Below, piece after piece: positions 25,085 through 33,089 of a stretch of DNA of 38,078 nt. The stretch is from positions 1-38,078 of the forward strand of contig JBAVFZ010000315.1 in the NCBI GenBank assembly GCA_049684495.1, given 5' to 3'. Origin of the DNA: Anaerolineales bacterium (GTDB taxonomy: Bacteria > Chloroflexota > Anaerolineae > Anaerolineales > RBG-16-64-43). Positions within the stretch are counted from its first letter, which is position 1; each line of letters begins with the position of its first letter. Below the pieces are notes generated by a model. That model worked only from the letters and a program-made list of their open reading frames with translations. It was not told the DNA's origin and ran no database searches. Both the position numbers and the translations under genes were made by a program.

Positions 25085-26214
25085 CGTGATTCTCCTGCGG
25101 CAAGATCGAAAGCGCGGCCGAAGGTCTCCGCCATGCGGTCGATCGTGAAATCCTCCCCGCGCGCTTTGGCGCTAGCGCCGAACGCCTGCGAATCCGCGGG
25201 GGACAGAAGAAAACCGGAAATCGCTTCGGCCAGCGCGCGTGCATCCCCCTGCTTCACCACCCGCCCGGTCTCGCCGTGGCGGATCAAATCACCCACTGCG
25301 CCCACGCCGTCGGAGGTGACAATCGGCAGTCCGGCGGAGGCGGCTTCGTTTAACACCAGCCCCCACGGTTCCGCGATCCGGCCCATCCGTGAGGGCAGGA
25401 CGAATACGCCGCCCAGTGAGTACAGCAGATCCTTTTGCCGGTCGCCGCGCACCTCCGATCCGGTGATCAAAATATCAGACAACCCAAGCCGCCGCGCCTG
25501 CCGGAGAAGCGGTTCCCGGCGCGGACCATCGCCCGCCATTAAGAGGAACGACGGTATCTCGCGGCGCACGATGGAAAACGCTTCGATCAGGATCTCCGGC
25601 GCTTTAAAGGAAAGCAGCCGGCCGAGGAACAGGATCACCGGCAACGATCCGATCCGCCACTCGCGGCGGGCATTCTCAATCTCGGATGATGCCGCAGGGT
25701 TATGGCGGTAGGGGCTGGCATTACCGGTGATCAGGATTCTCCCGGGATCGACGCCCAATCCGGCCAGCCGGTCGCGCACGCGGGTGCCATACGCAAGGCA
25801 ACCGGCCGCGCCGCGCACCAGCGAGCGTTCCAACCCGTACGTCAGCCATCGGCGCGGGTGGCGCGCCGGATACCATTCCCCGCTGAACACCACATACGGG
25901 CGGCGGATGCGGCGCGCGGCTCCGCCCGCGGCCCAGGCCGAGAAGGACGACGGCTCCGGACAGAACACGACATCAAACGGCTCGCGCGCATGGGATTCGA
26001 GAAGCCGCCCGGCGAGCGCCGGCGCGACTACCAGATCCGACATCTCCGGAATCCGATACCCGCGGAGGTTGACGGAGTTCGGCGGGAGCGCGGCTCCTTC
26101 CTGGTTCAGGAAGAAGCACTGCAGGTCGTACCGCTCCGCGAGCCGCGCCAACAGCGGCCGCCGGTACTCGGGATACGAATCATGGACGAATGCCACCCGG
26201 ATCCGCTTGCGCAT
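25081..26214 (-). CDS. Family 4 glycosyltransferase (GT-B)
   Basis: 377 aa. ATG 26214 shares one base with the upstream TGA (TGATG, 26212-26216). The C-terminal region is VFVLPSRMGRIAEPWGLVLNEAASAGLPIVTSDGVGAVGDLI. Confidence 0.85.
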   Translation of the reverse strand: MRKRIRVAFVHDSYPEYRRPLLARLAERYDLQCFFLNQEGAALPPNSVNLRGYRIPEMSDLVVAPALAGRLLESHAREPFDVVFCPEPSSFSAWAAGGAARRIRRPYVVFSGEWYPARHPRRWLTYGLERSLVRGAAGCLAYGTRVRDRLAGLGVDPGRILITGNASPYRHNPAASSEIENARREWRIGSLPVILFLGRLLSFKAPEILIEAFSIVRREIPSFLLMAGDGPRREPLLRQARRLGLSDILITGSEVRGDRQKDLLYSLGGVFVLPSRMGRIAEPWGLVLNEAASAGLPIVTSDGVGAVGDLIRHGETGRVVKQGDARALAEAISGFLLSPADSQAFGASAKARGEDFTIDRMAETFGRAFDLAAGESR

Positions 26215-27386
26215 CAGGGTCGGGTCAACTCCTCATAGAGCGATTCATATTTGCGGGCCATCAGGCGGGTGGCATACTGCCCCTCGACCAGCGAGCGAGC
26301 CGCGCGGCCCATCGCCACCCGCCGCTCCGGCGGCGTGGCGAGCGCGCGCCGCAGGATCGCCACCAATGCCAGTACATCTCCGGCGGGGAACTCCCAACCG
26401 GTTTCATCCTCGACCACGATTTTTTCCGCATTGGCCGCGTCGGAAAGAATGACCGGCTTCCCGCACGCCATCGCCTCAAGGACCGAATTGGGAAATCCTT
26501 CGAACCGGGACGGCAACACGAGCCAATCGAGCGCGGCGTAAGCCCGTTCCACATCCGGCATCACCCCCATCGGCAGGACGATCCCCTCCAGCCCGTCTTC
26601 CCGGATCCGGTCGTCCACTTCCCGGCGGGCATCCTCGAAGGTCGTTCCCCCGACCAGGATCACCTTGGCGTATCCCGGCCAATACCCGGATTTTTTTAAT
26701 TGGGCGACGGCGGTCAGTAGCGTGGCGTGGTCCTTCACCGGCGAATAGCGCGCGATCATCCCGAACACGACATCCGAGGGCGTGAGGCCGAAGGCCGCGC
26801 GCGGTTCGCGCCAATCCATGCCCGGCTTGAACCGCACGAGATCGACCCCGTTGGGAATGACCACCAACCGCTCCGCAGGAATGTGAAGCAGCGTCTCGGC
26901 TTCGCGCACCGCCGCCCTGGAATTGGAAACGATGCGGATGCTCCGCCGCCACAGGATCCGTTCGGTCCACTGCCATGGAACGCTCCAGAAGCCGGCGATG
27001 CGCGTCCGCAGGGAAGTGACGATCCGCCGGTGCAGCGCGAGCGTTCCGGCGATGCGGGCGTATAAATCCGCCGGGCGCAGGAACGATTGCACGATCGCCG
27101 GGCGTTCGCGGAGGATCATCCGCCACAGGCGGAACAAGGCGACCAGGTTGCCGAGTTTTCCGAGCGGCTTGCGCAGGCTGACGAGTCGGGCATCGCCGGC
27201 GGTGATTTCCACCGGCACAAGGTCAAAGCCGTAAATCACGGCCACCAGCGGTTCGAATCGTTCGCGATCCAGGTGGCGGACCAATTCGGCCGCCTGGCGT
27301 TCCGTTCCGCCCGATGCCAGGGTGGGAAGGAGGAATAGGATTTTTCGCGCGCGCGATGCGCTTTCCGGCAGAGACATGCTCCTCAT
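26214..27386 (-). CDS. Family 4 glycosyltransferase (GT-B)
   Basis: ORF track 26214..27428 (GTG start). ATG 27386 is preferred because it forms an ATGA overlap with the stop of the 54-codon ORF. Motifs are KILFLLPTLASGGTERQAAELVRHL and WLVLPSRFEGFPNSVLEAMACGKPVILSDAANAEKIV. Confidence 0.85.
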   Translation of the reverse strand: MRSMSLPESASRARKILFLLPTLASGGTERQAAELVRHLDRERFEPLVAVIYGFDLVPVEITAGDARLVSLRKPLGKLGNLVALFRLWRMILRERPAIVQSFLRPADLYARIAGTLALHRRIVTSLRTRIAGFWSVPWQWTERILWRRSIRIVSNSRAAVREAETLLHIPAERLVVIPNGVDLVRFKPGMDWREPRAAFGLTPSDVVFGMIARYSPVKDHATLLTAVAQLKKSGYWPGYAKVILVGGTTFEDARREVDDRIREDGLEGIVLPMGVMPDVERAYAALDWLVLPSRFEGFPNSVLEAMACGKPVILSDAANAEKIVVEDETGWEFPAGDVLALVAILRRALATPPERRVAMGRAARSLVEGQYATRLMARKYESLYEELTRP

Positions 27387-27547
27387 CCCTGTCCGGAAAG
27401 GACAAACCGCGCCGCCTTCAGGAACCACCCGGCGGTCTGGGTTAATGCGGCCCGGCGGGTTGGGTCGAGGAAATACGCCGCGGCCACGAGGCCGGTCACC
27501 GCCAGGACAATCCAGCCTCCCAGCCGTCCCAATCGCATATCGCTCAT
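27383..27547 (-). CDS. Unlisted 54-codon single-pass membrane protein
   Basis: Product: MSDMRLGRLGGWIVLAVTGLVAAAYFLDPTRRAALTQTAGWFLKAARFVLSGQG. ATG 27547 lies 1 nt after the TAA (27549-27551) of the upstream GT-C-like gene. Its TGA (27383-27385) overlaps ATG 27386 of the next GT4 gene. The protein has one hydrophobic helix and a basic tail. Confidence 0.55.
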   Translation of the reverse strand: MSDMRLGRLGGWIVLAVTGLVAAAYFLDPTRRAALTQTAGWFLKAARFVLSGQG

Positions 27548-27548
27548 G

Positions 27549-29462
27549 TTATTTTCTCTCATAGATGATCCAGCTTTCGTATCGGAACACTTCGACATAA
27601 CCGCCTGAATCCCGCGTCCAGCCTTCCTCCGGCGATCCGCCCGCAACCACGACCATATCCGCGCCGCTCTTGGCAAGCTGAGCAGCCCACTGTTCGGCCG
27701 TGTACGCCGGCAGCGCGAAGACGGTATTCCTCAGATCGGAACCGAACAGCGGATACGCATCCACCCACCGGCCGTAGACGATAATGGCCGGCGCACCGGC
27801 CGTGCGCGCTTCGATCCATTCGTAAAACTCATTGGTGGGATGCACTACGGCGGCGTTCCGCTGCAGATCGTCGGCATGGAACACCATCGTCATCGCCTTG
27901 TCCGCCTCCAGGGGCGCCGGCCGGAGCGCGGCGATCGTCACAAAAGCCGCCGCCAGCACCAATCCGCCGGCCAGTATCCGCCGCGGCCAGCCGCGCAACG
28001 CGTCGAACAGCAGCGCGCCGCCCAGCCCGCTAAGCAGCAGGAGCGGGAGGACGTAGCGGGGGCGCCACTGCGCGGGTGTAAAGGCCAGGATCATCAGCGA
28101 GAGGATGGAAAGTGCGAAGGCCGCGGCGTTCCGCCTCCGGAAGGATTCCCAAATCCAAAGGAGCGCGCCCGGAATGCCGAGGAACAGCCATAACGGCCCG
28201 GTGCCTCCGTTGTTCGGATCATAGATTAAATAATAGCGTTCGAACCAGGTGGCATAGGCCAGGCGCAAGCCGCCGCCGGTTTTTTGAATGACTTCCTCGG
28301 AACCAATCGCCAGGAAATCGGCTTGCGGTTCTCCCGGCCACCGGATCCAGGAACCGATTCTCACCTCGACCGGAGCCAACGGATTTTCCGCGTAGATCGC
28401 GTTGCGGATCAGTGGATACGCGCCGAACGCCGCGGTCAGTGCGATAATAACCGCCAAGGGAGCCAAAATTCCGGTAAGTTTTCCCTTGATATTTATCCAC
28501 TCCGCCTCTCGGTTTAACAGCGGCCGGCGAATTAAGCTGAGGAAGAATAACAATCCAATCGCCAAGCTGCTGAGCGCGCCGGAAAATTTTGTCCCGAGGA
28601 TCACTCCCGAGCAAATTCCCGCCAGTACCGCCGTCCGGAGATCGTCGCTCCGTCCGGAAGATAGCTTCGGGGAGACAATGAGGTATATACCGCAAAGAAA
28701 CAGGGAAGCCATCCAGGCATCGTTGTACGATCCCAACTCCTGGAGAAAAACCAACGGCGTGAAGGCGAAGACCGCCCATCCGGCCAAAGAAGCCCGCCGC
28801 GATAACCCGAACCGCCGGCAAACTCCATAAAGCGCCGCGCCTCCGGCGAGGATCCCGGGCAGGAAAGCCAGATCCACCAATTTGTCCGATCCGACAAAAA
28901 TGAAATGCCAGGCCTGGAAGAGTTCCGAATTGATGGGAAAATCGCTGATCCGATCCGCCGGACTGGGGAAGTAACGGATCGCGGCGCTTTGGATGATATT
29001 CCCCATGATGGACAGATGGTAGGCGATATCATCGCGCAGGAATGGCGGCAGAAACCACCCCCAGAAAACATTGCGGAAAAGAATGCCGGCCATCAGCAGG
29101 CCGAGCAGTATGGCCCAAAAGGGAATCCGGATTCTTCGCAGCCAGGCTGCAAACACCCTGTTTTGGTCGAGGGCTGTCTCCCCATGCGGCCGGACCCCAA
29201 AATAATACACGCCCGCGGTGATCAAGCCACACGCGGCGGCGAGGGGGATCGGCCGGAGGATCCCAAGCCATCCCAACACCAGCATCACGCCCAGCACCTG
29301 CCCGATGAAGGAAATCTGGGCCGCGATCCAGGCATATAGGACGCCGGACGATTTTCCGCAAAAATAGAAATACCAGCCCAGAAAGATCGCGGCGGAAAAG
29401 GCAACCAGAAAAAATATGCCGGCCCAGGTGAGGGACGATGTTCCCAATAATCCAATCATCAT
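27549..29462 (-). CDS. 637-aa GT-C-like polytopic membrane protein with a C-terminal soluble domain
   Basis: This is the tail of track ORF 27549..29786. ATG 29462 overlaps the upstream GT4 stop as ATGA (29459-29462). There are about 12-13 hydrophobic segments, and the first-loop motif is PPFLRDDIAYHLSIMG. The last ~150 aa are hydrophilic. WWDYG (the STT3/PglB signature) is not present. Confidence 0.65.
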   Translation of the reverse strand: MMIGLLGTSSLTWAGIFFLVAFSAAIFLGWYFYFCGKSSGVLYAWIAAQISFIGQVLGVMLVLGWLGILRPIPLAAACGLITAGVYYFGVRPHGETALDQNRVFAAWLRRIRIPFWAILLGLLMAGILFRNVFWGWFLPPFLRDDIAYHLSIMGNIIQSAAIRYFPSPADRISDFPINSELFQAWHFIFVGSDKLVDLAFLPGILAGGAALYGVCRRFGLSRRASLAGWAVFAFTPLVFLQELGSYNDAWMASLFLCGIYLIVSPKLSSGRSDDLRTAVLAGICSGVILGTKFSGALSSLAIGLLFFLSLIRRPLLNREAEWINIKGKLTGILAPLAVIIALTAAFGAYPLIRNAIYAENPLAPVEVRIGSWIRWPGEPQADFLAIGSEEVIQKTGGGLRLAYATWFERYYLIYDPNNGGTGPLWLFLGIPGALLWIWESFRRRNAAAFALSILSLMILAFTPAQWRPRYVLPLLLLSGLGGALLFDALRGWPRRILAGGLVLAAAFVTIAALRPAPLEADKAMTMVFHADDLQRNAAVVHPTNEFYEWIEARTAGAPAIIVYGRWVDAYPLFGSDLRNTVFALPAYTAEQWAAQLAKSGADMVVVAGGSPEEGWTRDSGGYVEVFRYESWIIYERK

Positions 29463-30595
29463 GGACGCTCCAGCGCTTCCAGAATAGGTTCGGCCCTGCG
29501 TTCCCAAGTATAGGCTTCCACGTCCTTGCGCGCCCGGCCGGCAAGTGTTTCCGCCAGCGCCCGGTCCTCCAGCACGCGCCGCAGCCCGCGGGCGATTTGA
29601 TCGGGGCTGTCGGGCGCCACCAGGAGCGCATTCTCTTCGTGGCGCAGCACCTCGCGCACGGACGGGAAATCGGTGGCGACGATCGGCCGCCCGGCCGCCA
29701 TGTATTCGAACATTTTCAGGGGGGACATGGCGCGGGCGGTGGCGGTGCGGGTGGTATAGGGCATGATCAGCGCATCCGCCGCCCACAGGTAGAGGGGCAC
29801 CTTTCCGTTCGGAACGGTCCCTTCAAACCGCACCCGGTCGCACAAATCCCGCCCGGCCGCGAGGGCGCGAAGGCGGTGGATATCCTCGGGATTGCCGCCG
29901 ATCAGCACCAGCAGAACATCCGGCAGGGAGGATAAGGCTTCCAGGGTTTCTTCCACGCCGCGGCCGGGATACAAATGGCCGGCGTGACACACGATCCGGG
30001 CCGCGGCCGGAAGCCCCAGTCGCGCGCGGGCTTCGTCCCTCCCAACGGCCGGTTCAAACCGCTGCAGGTCCACCCCGTCGGGCGCAAGGCGCAGGAGCTC
30101 GCGGCGCGCGCCGGCGGCGGCGTAATCCTCGATCAGGGATTTGGAAATGCAGAAGATCCCCCGCAACGCGGGGGAAAGCCCCGGATCCCCCACCAGCTTC
30201 CGCCACACCGGGTGGCGCCGGTCTTCCTCCAGATAATGCGCTTCGAAACTCACGCGTACGCCGGCCCGCGCCAGCCAATAGGCGGACCACGGTTCGCGCG
30301 TGTGGACGTACCGCGCGCCCCGAAGGCGCGCCCGGAGCACCGCCGCCAGCGCGTAGCCGCGAACCGCAAACCGCTCGCCCCAATGCGGAAACGGAACCCA
30401 GGTCACCTCGAATGACCGCGCCAGGGCGAACCGTTCGCGCAGATCCGCTTTTTGCCGGGCATCCTCCGGATAATACGGCGCGATCAACTCCACCGGGACG
30501 TGCGCGGCGAATCCGGAGCACATTTTCAGCGTCTGCACGCAGTTGGCGCGAAGCGAGGGAATGCGCGAGCGCGCGATGTAAACCAGCTTATCCAT
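29459..30595 (-). CDS. Family 4 glycosyltransferase, paralogue pair A (member 1)
   Basis: 378 aa. Motifs are RSRIPSLRANCVQTLKMCSGFA, GGNPEDI and ALIMPYTTRTATARAMSPLKMFEYMAAGRPIVATDFPSVREVL. Its ATG lies 8 nt inside the upstream gene. Confidence 0.82.
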   Translation of the reverse strand: MDKLVYIARSRIPSLRANCVQTLKMCSGFAAHVPVELIAPYYPEDARQKADLRERFALARSFEVTWVPFPHWGERFAVRGYALAAVLRARLRGARYVHTREPWSAYWLARAGVRVSFEAHYLEEDRRHPVWRKLVGDPGLSPALRGIFCISKSLIEDYAAAGARRELLRLAPDGVDLQRFEPAVGRDEARARLGLPAAARIVCHAGHLYPGRGVEETLEALSSLPDVLLVLIGGNPEDIHRLRALAAGRDLCDRVRFEGTVPNGKVPLYLWAADALIMPYTTRTATARAMSPLKMFEYMAAGRPIVATDFPSVREVLRHEENALLVAPDSPDQIARGLRRVLEDRALAETLAGRARKDVEAYTWERRAEPILEALERP

Positions 30596-31769
30596 GGGCG
30601 CCGGCGGTGAATTCGAGAATCCGTTTCACGCGGCCGCGCCAGGAGAACGGCCGGACGTCGGTCCGGGCCTGGGCCGCGAGCCGTTTCCTTCTTTCCGGAT
30701 TCTTCCGGAGCTTCGCCAGCGCCTCCGCCCAGGCGGCGGGATCGTCCGGCGGAAGCAGAATGCTGTTGGCGTCGCTCAGCATCACGCGCAGCGCGGGAAG
30801 ATCGCTGGAGAGGATCGCCCGTCCGGCGGCCATGTATTCATACAATTTCATCGGACTCATGATCTCGGCGGTGTTGCCCTTGCCACGGACCGTCACCTCC
30901 TGCTGATACGGCATGAGCAGCACGTCGCAGGCAGCCTGATACAGCGGCACCTCGGCGTTCGGCACGTGCCCCAGCCAGCGGATGTTCTCCGCCGCGGCCG
31001 TCCGGGTTTTCCAAGCCTCAACCTCCTCGGGGTTTCCGCCCAGCATCAGGAATTCCACCTCGGGAAGCCGTTGCGCCAGGTCACAGATCAATTCCACGCC
31101 GCGTCCCGCCACCAGGCTGCCGAAATAACCCGCCGTGAACCGTTTTGCGGCCAGGTGGAGCCGCACCCGGGCCCGGACAGGCGCGGGCAGATTCCGGTAC
31201 GGCTCCGTATCCACCGCATCGGGGGCCACCAGCAACTCGCGGCTGTGAAGCGCAGGGTACGTCCGGCGCAGGTTCTCTTCCAGAGCGCGGCTGATGACCG
31301 CCAGCCGGATGTTGCGCGTTCTGAGGATCTGCCGGAAATACAGCGGGCCGATCCGCCCGGTCGGCGGATGATGGATCTCGAGCATGACCGGGAAGCCGTG
31401 CTGGGCGACCGCCCAGGCGATATCGATCCCGCGCGTGTACGCCAGATCCGGCGCTATCCGCGCCGCCTCGTCGGCTTCGGCCCAGGCCAGTCCGCGGCGT
31501 CCCAGAAGCGGGAGCAATTTTACGCGGCGGGCGAGGAACCCGGAGGCCAGCCCGTATTGGCGGATGACGGATTCGGACAGGGGAATATCGCCCGCGGTCG
31601 GGGCGGGATATTTTCTCCCGGCGTCGTCGGAGGGCGTCTCATCCGCCGGCGGGAGGATCAAATGCACCTCGTGCCCTTCCTGCGAGAAAGCCTGGCACAT
31701 CTTCATCACCTGCAGGCTGTTGGCCGAAGTGGAGGGTACGGTCGCGGAACTCAGGTAAGCGATCTTCAT
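30588..31769 (-). CDS. Family 4 glycosyltransferase, paralogue pair A (member 2)
   Basis: 393 aa. Motifs are SATVPSTSANSLQVMKMCQAFS, GGNPEEV and VLLMPYQQEVTVRGKGNTAEIMSPMKLYEYMAAGRAILSSDLPALRVML. ATGA overlap with the upstream gene at 31766-31769. Confidence 0.82.
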   Translation of the reverse strand: MKIAYLSSATVPSTSANSLQVMKMCQAFSQEGHEVHLILPPADETPSDDAGRKYPAPTAGDIPLSESVIRQYGLASGFLARRVKLLPLLGRRGLAWAEADEAARIAPDLAYTRGIDIAWAVAQHGFPVMLEIHHPPTGRIGPLYFRQILRTRNIRLAVISRALEENLRRTYPALHSRELLVAPDAVDTEPYRNLPAPVRARVRLHLAAKRFTAGYFGSLVAGRGVELICDLAQRLPEVEFLMLGGNPEEVEAWKTRTAAAENIRWLGHVPNAEVPLYQAACDVLLMPYQQEVTVRGKGNTAEIMSPMKLYEYMAAGRAILSSDLPALRVMLSDANSILLPPDDPAAWAEALAKLRKNPERRKRLAAQARTDVRPFSWRGRVKRILEFTAGAHG

Positions 31770-32938
31770 CCAGACCCCAGGATCGAACGATAGATATCCA
31801 TTTGTTCTCCGGCAAAGCGCTCCCAGGTCAGGGTTTCGGCGCGGGCCCGCCCGGCCATTCCCATTGTACGCGAGAGCGCGGGGTTTTCGGCAAGCGCTAT
31901 CATCGCCCGGGCGATCCCCTCCACATCATCGGGCGGCAGCAGGAAACCCGTTTTGCCGTCGATAACGGCGTCCGGGATACCGCCGCTGCGGGTGCCGATG
32001 ACCGGCAGCCCGTACGCCCCGGCCTCCAGGAAGACAAAGACAAATCCCTCGAAGTGATCCCCCTCATCCTGCGACGTCATCGCCAGCATGTCCGCCTTGC
32101 GATAATACGGATCCAGCTCTTCCCAGGTGAGGGCGCCCAGGAACTCGACATTGCGGATTCCCTCGCGGCGGATGAGTTCTTCAAGCCCGCGTTGGTATTC
32201 GTTTCCGATCCCGCCTCCGGCCAGCAGGTAGCGCGCATTGGGGAACCGCTTCTGCAGGATGGCGAACGCGCGCAAACTGATGTGGTAACCCTTGCGCGGT
32301 TTGATGCCTCCGACCGAGATCACGCTCGGATCGGATGAAAAAATTTTCTTTTCGGCGGCCGCCCGGGGCACGCGCCCGGCGAACTCGGAACCCTGCAGCA
32401 CGACCCGGATGTTGGCACCGGTGAGCGGGGCGGCAAACCGGGCGCGCATTTTTTCCGCGGTGCCGGTCGACATCGGGCAAATGCACGCCGCCCGGCGCAG
32501 GATGCCGGCGCAGATCCGGGCCGGGATCCGCCACCGGTGCCAGATCACTCCGTATGTGCCGAAGGTGGTGACGACGTGCGGCGCCCCTTCGCGCCGGGCG
32601 AGGATGTCGCCGATCCACCCGGCGGGGAAGAGCTCGAGCGAATGGACGATGCGCACCCCGAGGCGCGGGAGCGACCGCAACGCGAGCAGCGCCGGCAGCA
32701 TGTGCGCCACGGAGCGAATCGAGCCGGCGACGTTGGGTTGGATCTCCGGGAGCGCGAACACCTGAGCATCCGGAAAAAGCGAATGCGCCGCATCCCGGTC
32801 GGCCTCGGCCACGATCAATACCGGCTCGATTTGGGGTCCCAGCGAACGCAGGATTCCAAGCGTCGCCGTCGGCCAGCCGCCCGGCCCGCGCAAAAGCGGA
32901 ACGACGAATGCGATCCGGATGCGGGGTGATTCGGTCAA
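31766..32938 (-). CDS. Family 4 glycosyltransferase, paralogue pair B (member 1)
   Basis: 390 aa. Motifs are RIRIAFVVPLLRGPGGWPT, VRIVHSLELFPAGWIGD, GIKPRKGYHISLRAFAILQKRFPNA and HFEGFVFVFLEAGAYGLPVIGTRSGGIPDAVIDG. Confidence 0.82.
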   Translation of the reverse strand: MTESPRIRIAFVVPLLRGPGGWPTATLGILRSLGPQIEPVLIVAEADRDAAHSLFPDAQVFALPEIQPNVAGSIRSVAHMLPALLALRSLPRLGVRIVHSLELFPAGWIGDILARREGAPHVVTTFGTYGVIWHRWRIPARICAGILRRAACICPMSTGTAEKMRARFAAPLTGANIRVVLQGSEFAGRVPRAAAEKKIFSSDPSVISVGGIKPRKGYHISLRAFAILQKRFPNARYLLAGGGIGNEYQRGLEELIRREGIRNVEFLGALTWEELDPYYRKADMLAMTSQDEGDHFEGFVFVFLEAGAYGLPVIGTRSGGIPDAVIDGKTGFLLPPDDVEGIARAMIALAENPALSRTMGMAGRARAETLTWERFAGEQMDIYRSILGSG

Positions 32939-32958
32939 GGTGTGATCCTATCTTCCAG

Positions 32959-33074
32959 GGTCATTCCGAGGAGCCCGAAGGGCGACGAGGAATCGGCATC
33001 AAAGTTGAGTAAGCCCAATTCATCCATTGCGCAACCGATTCCTCCCCCTCGCCTTCGGCTCAGGGTCGGAATGA
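32959..33074. repeat. Inverted pair of GTCATTCCGA...GGAATCGG modules (37 and 41 nt) around a 38-nt spacer
   Basis: Left module (32959-32995): gtcattccgaggagcccgaagggcgacgaggaatcgg. Reverse complement of the right module (33034-33074): gtcattccgaccctgagccgaaggcgagggggaggaatcgg. The termini GTCATTCCGA/TCGGAATGAC and the inner ends GGAATCGG/CCGATTCC are perfect inverted repeats. The element fills the only large gap (151 nt) inside the glycan operon. Confidence 0.75.
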
Positions 33075-33089
33075 CTCCGAAAAGTATCC

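Noticed and set aside
27549-29462. PglB/AglB-type oligosaccharyltransferase
   Set aside because: The gene context loosely resembles a pgl locus, but the translation contains no WWDYG/WWDxG motif and no recognisable DK/MI motif. I therefore call it only GT-C-like.
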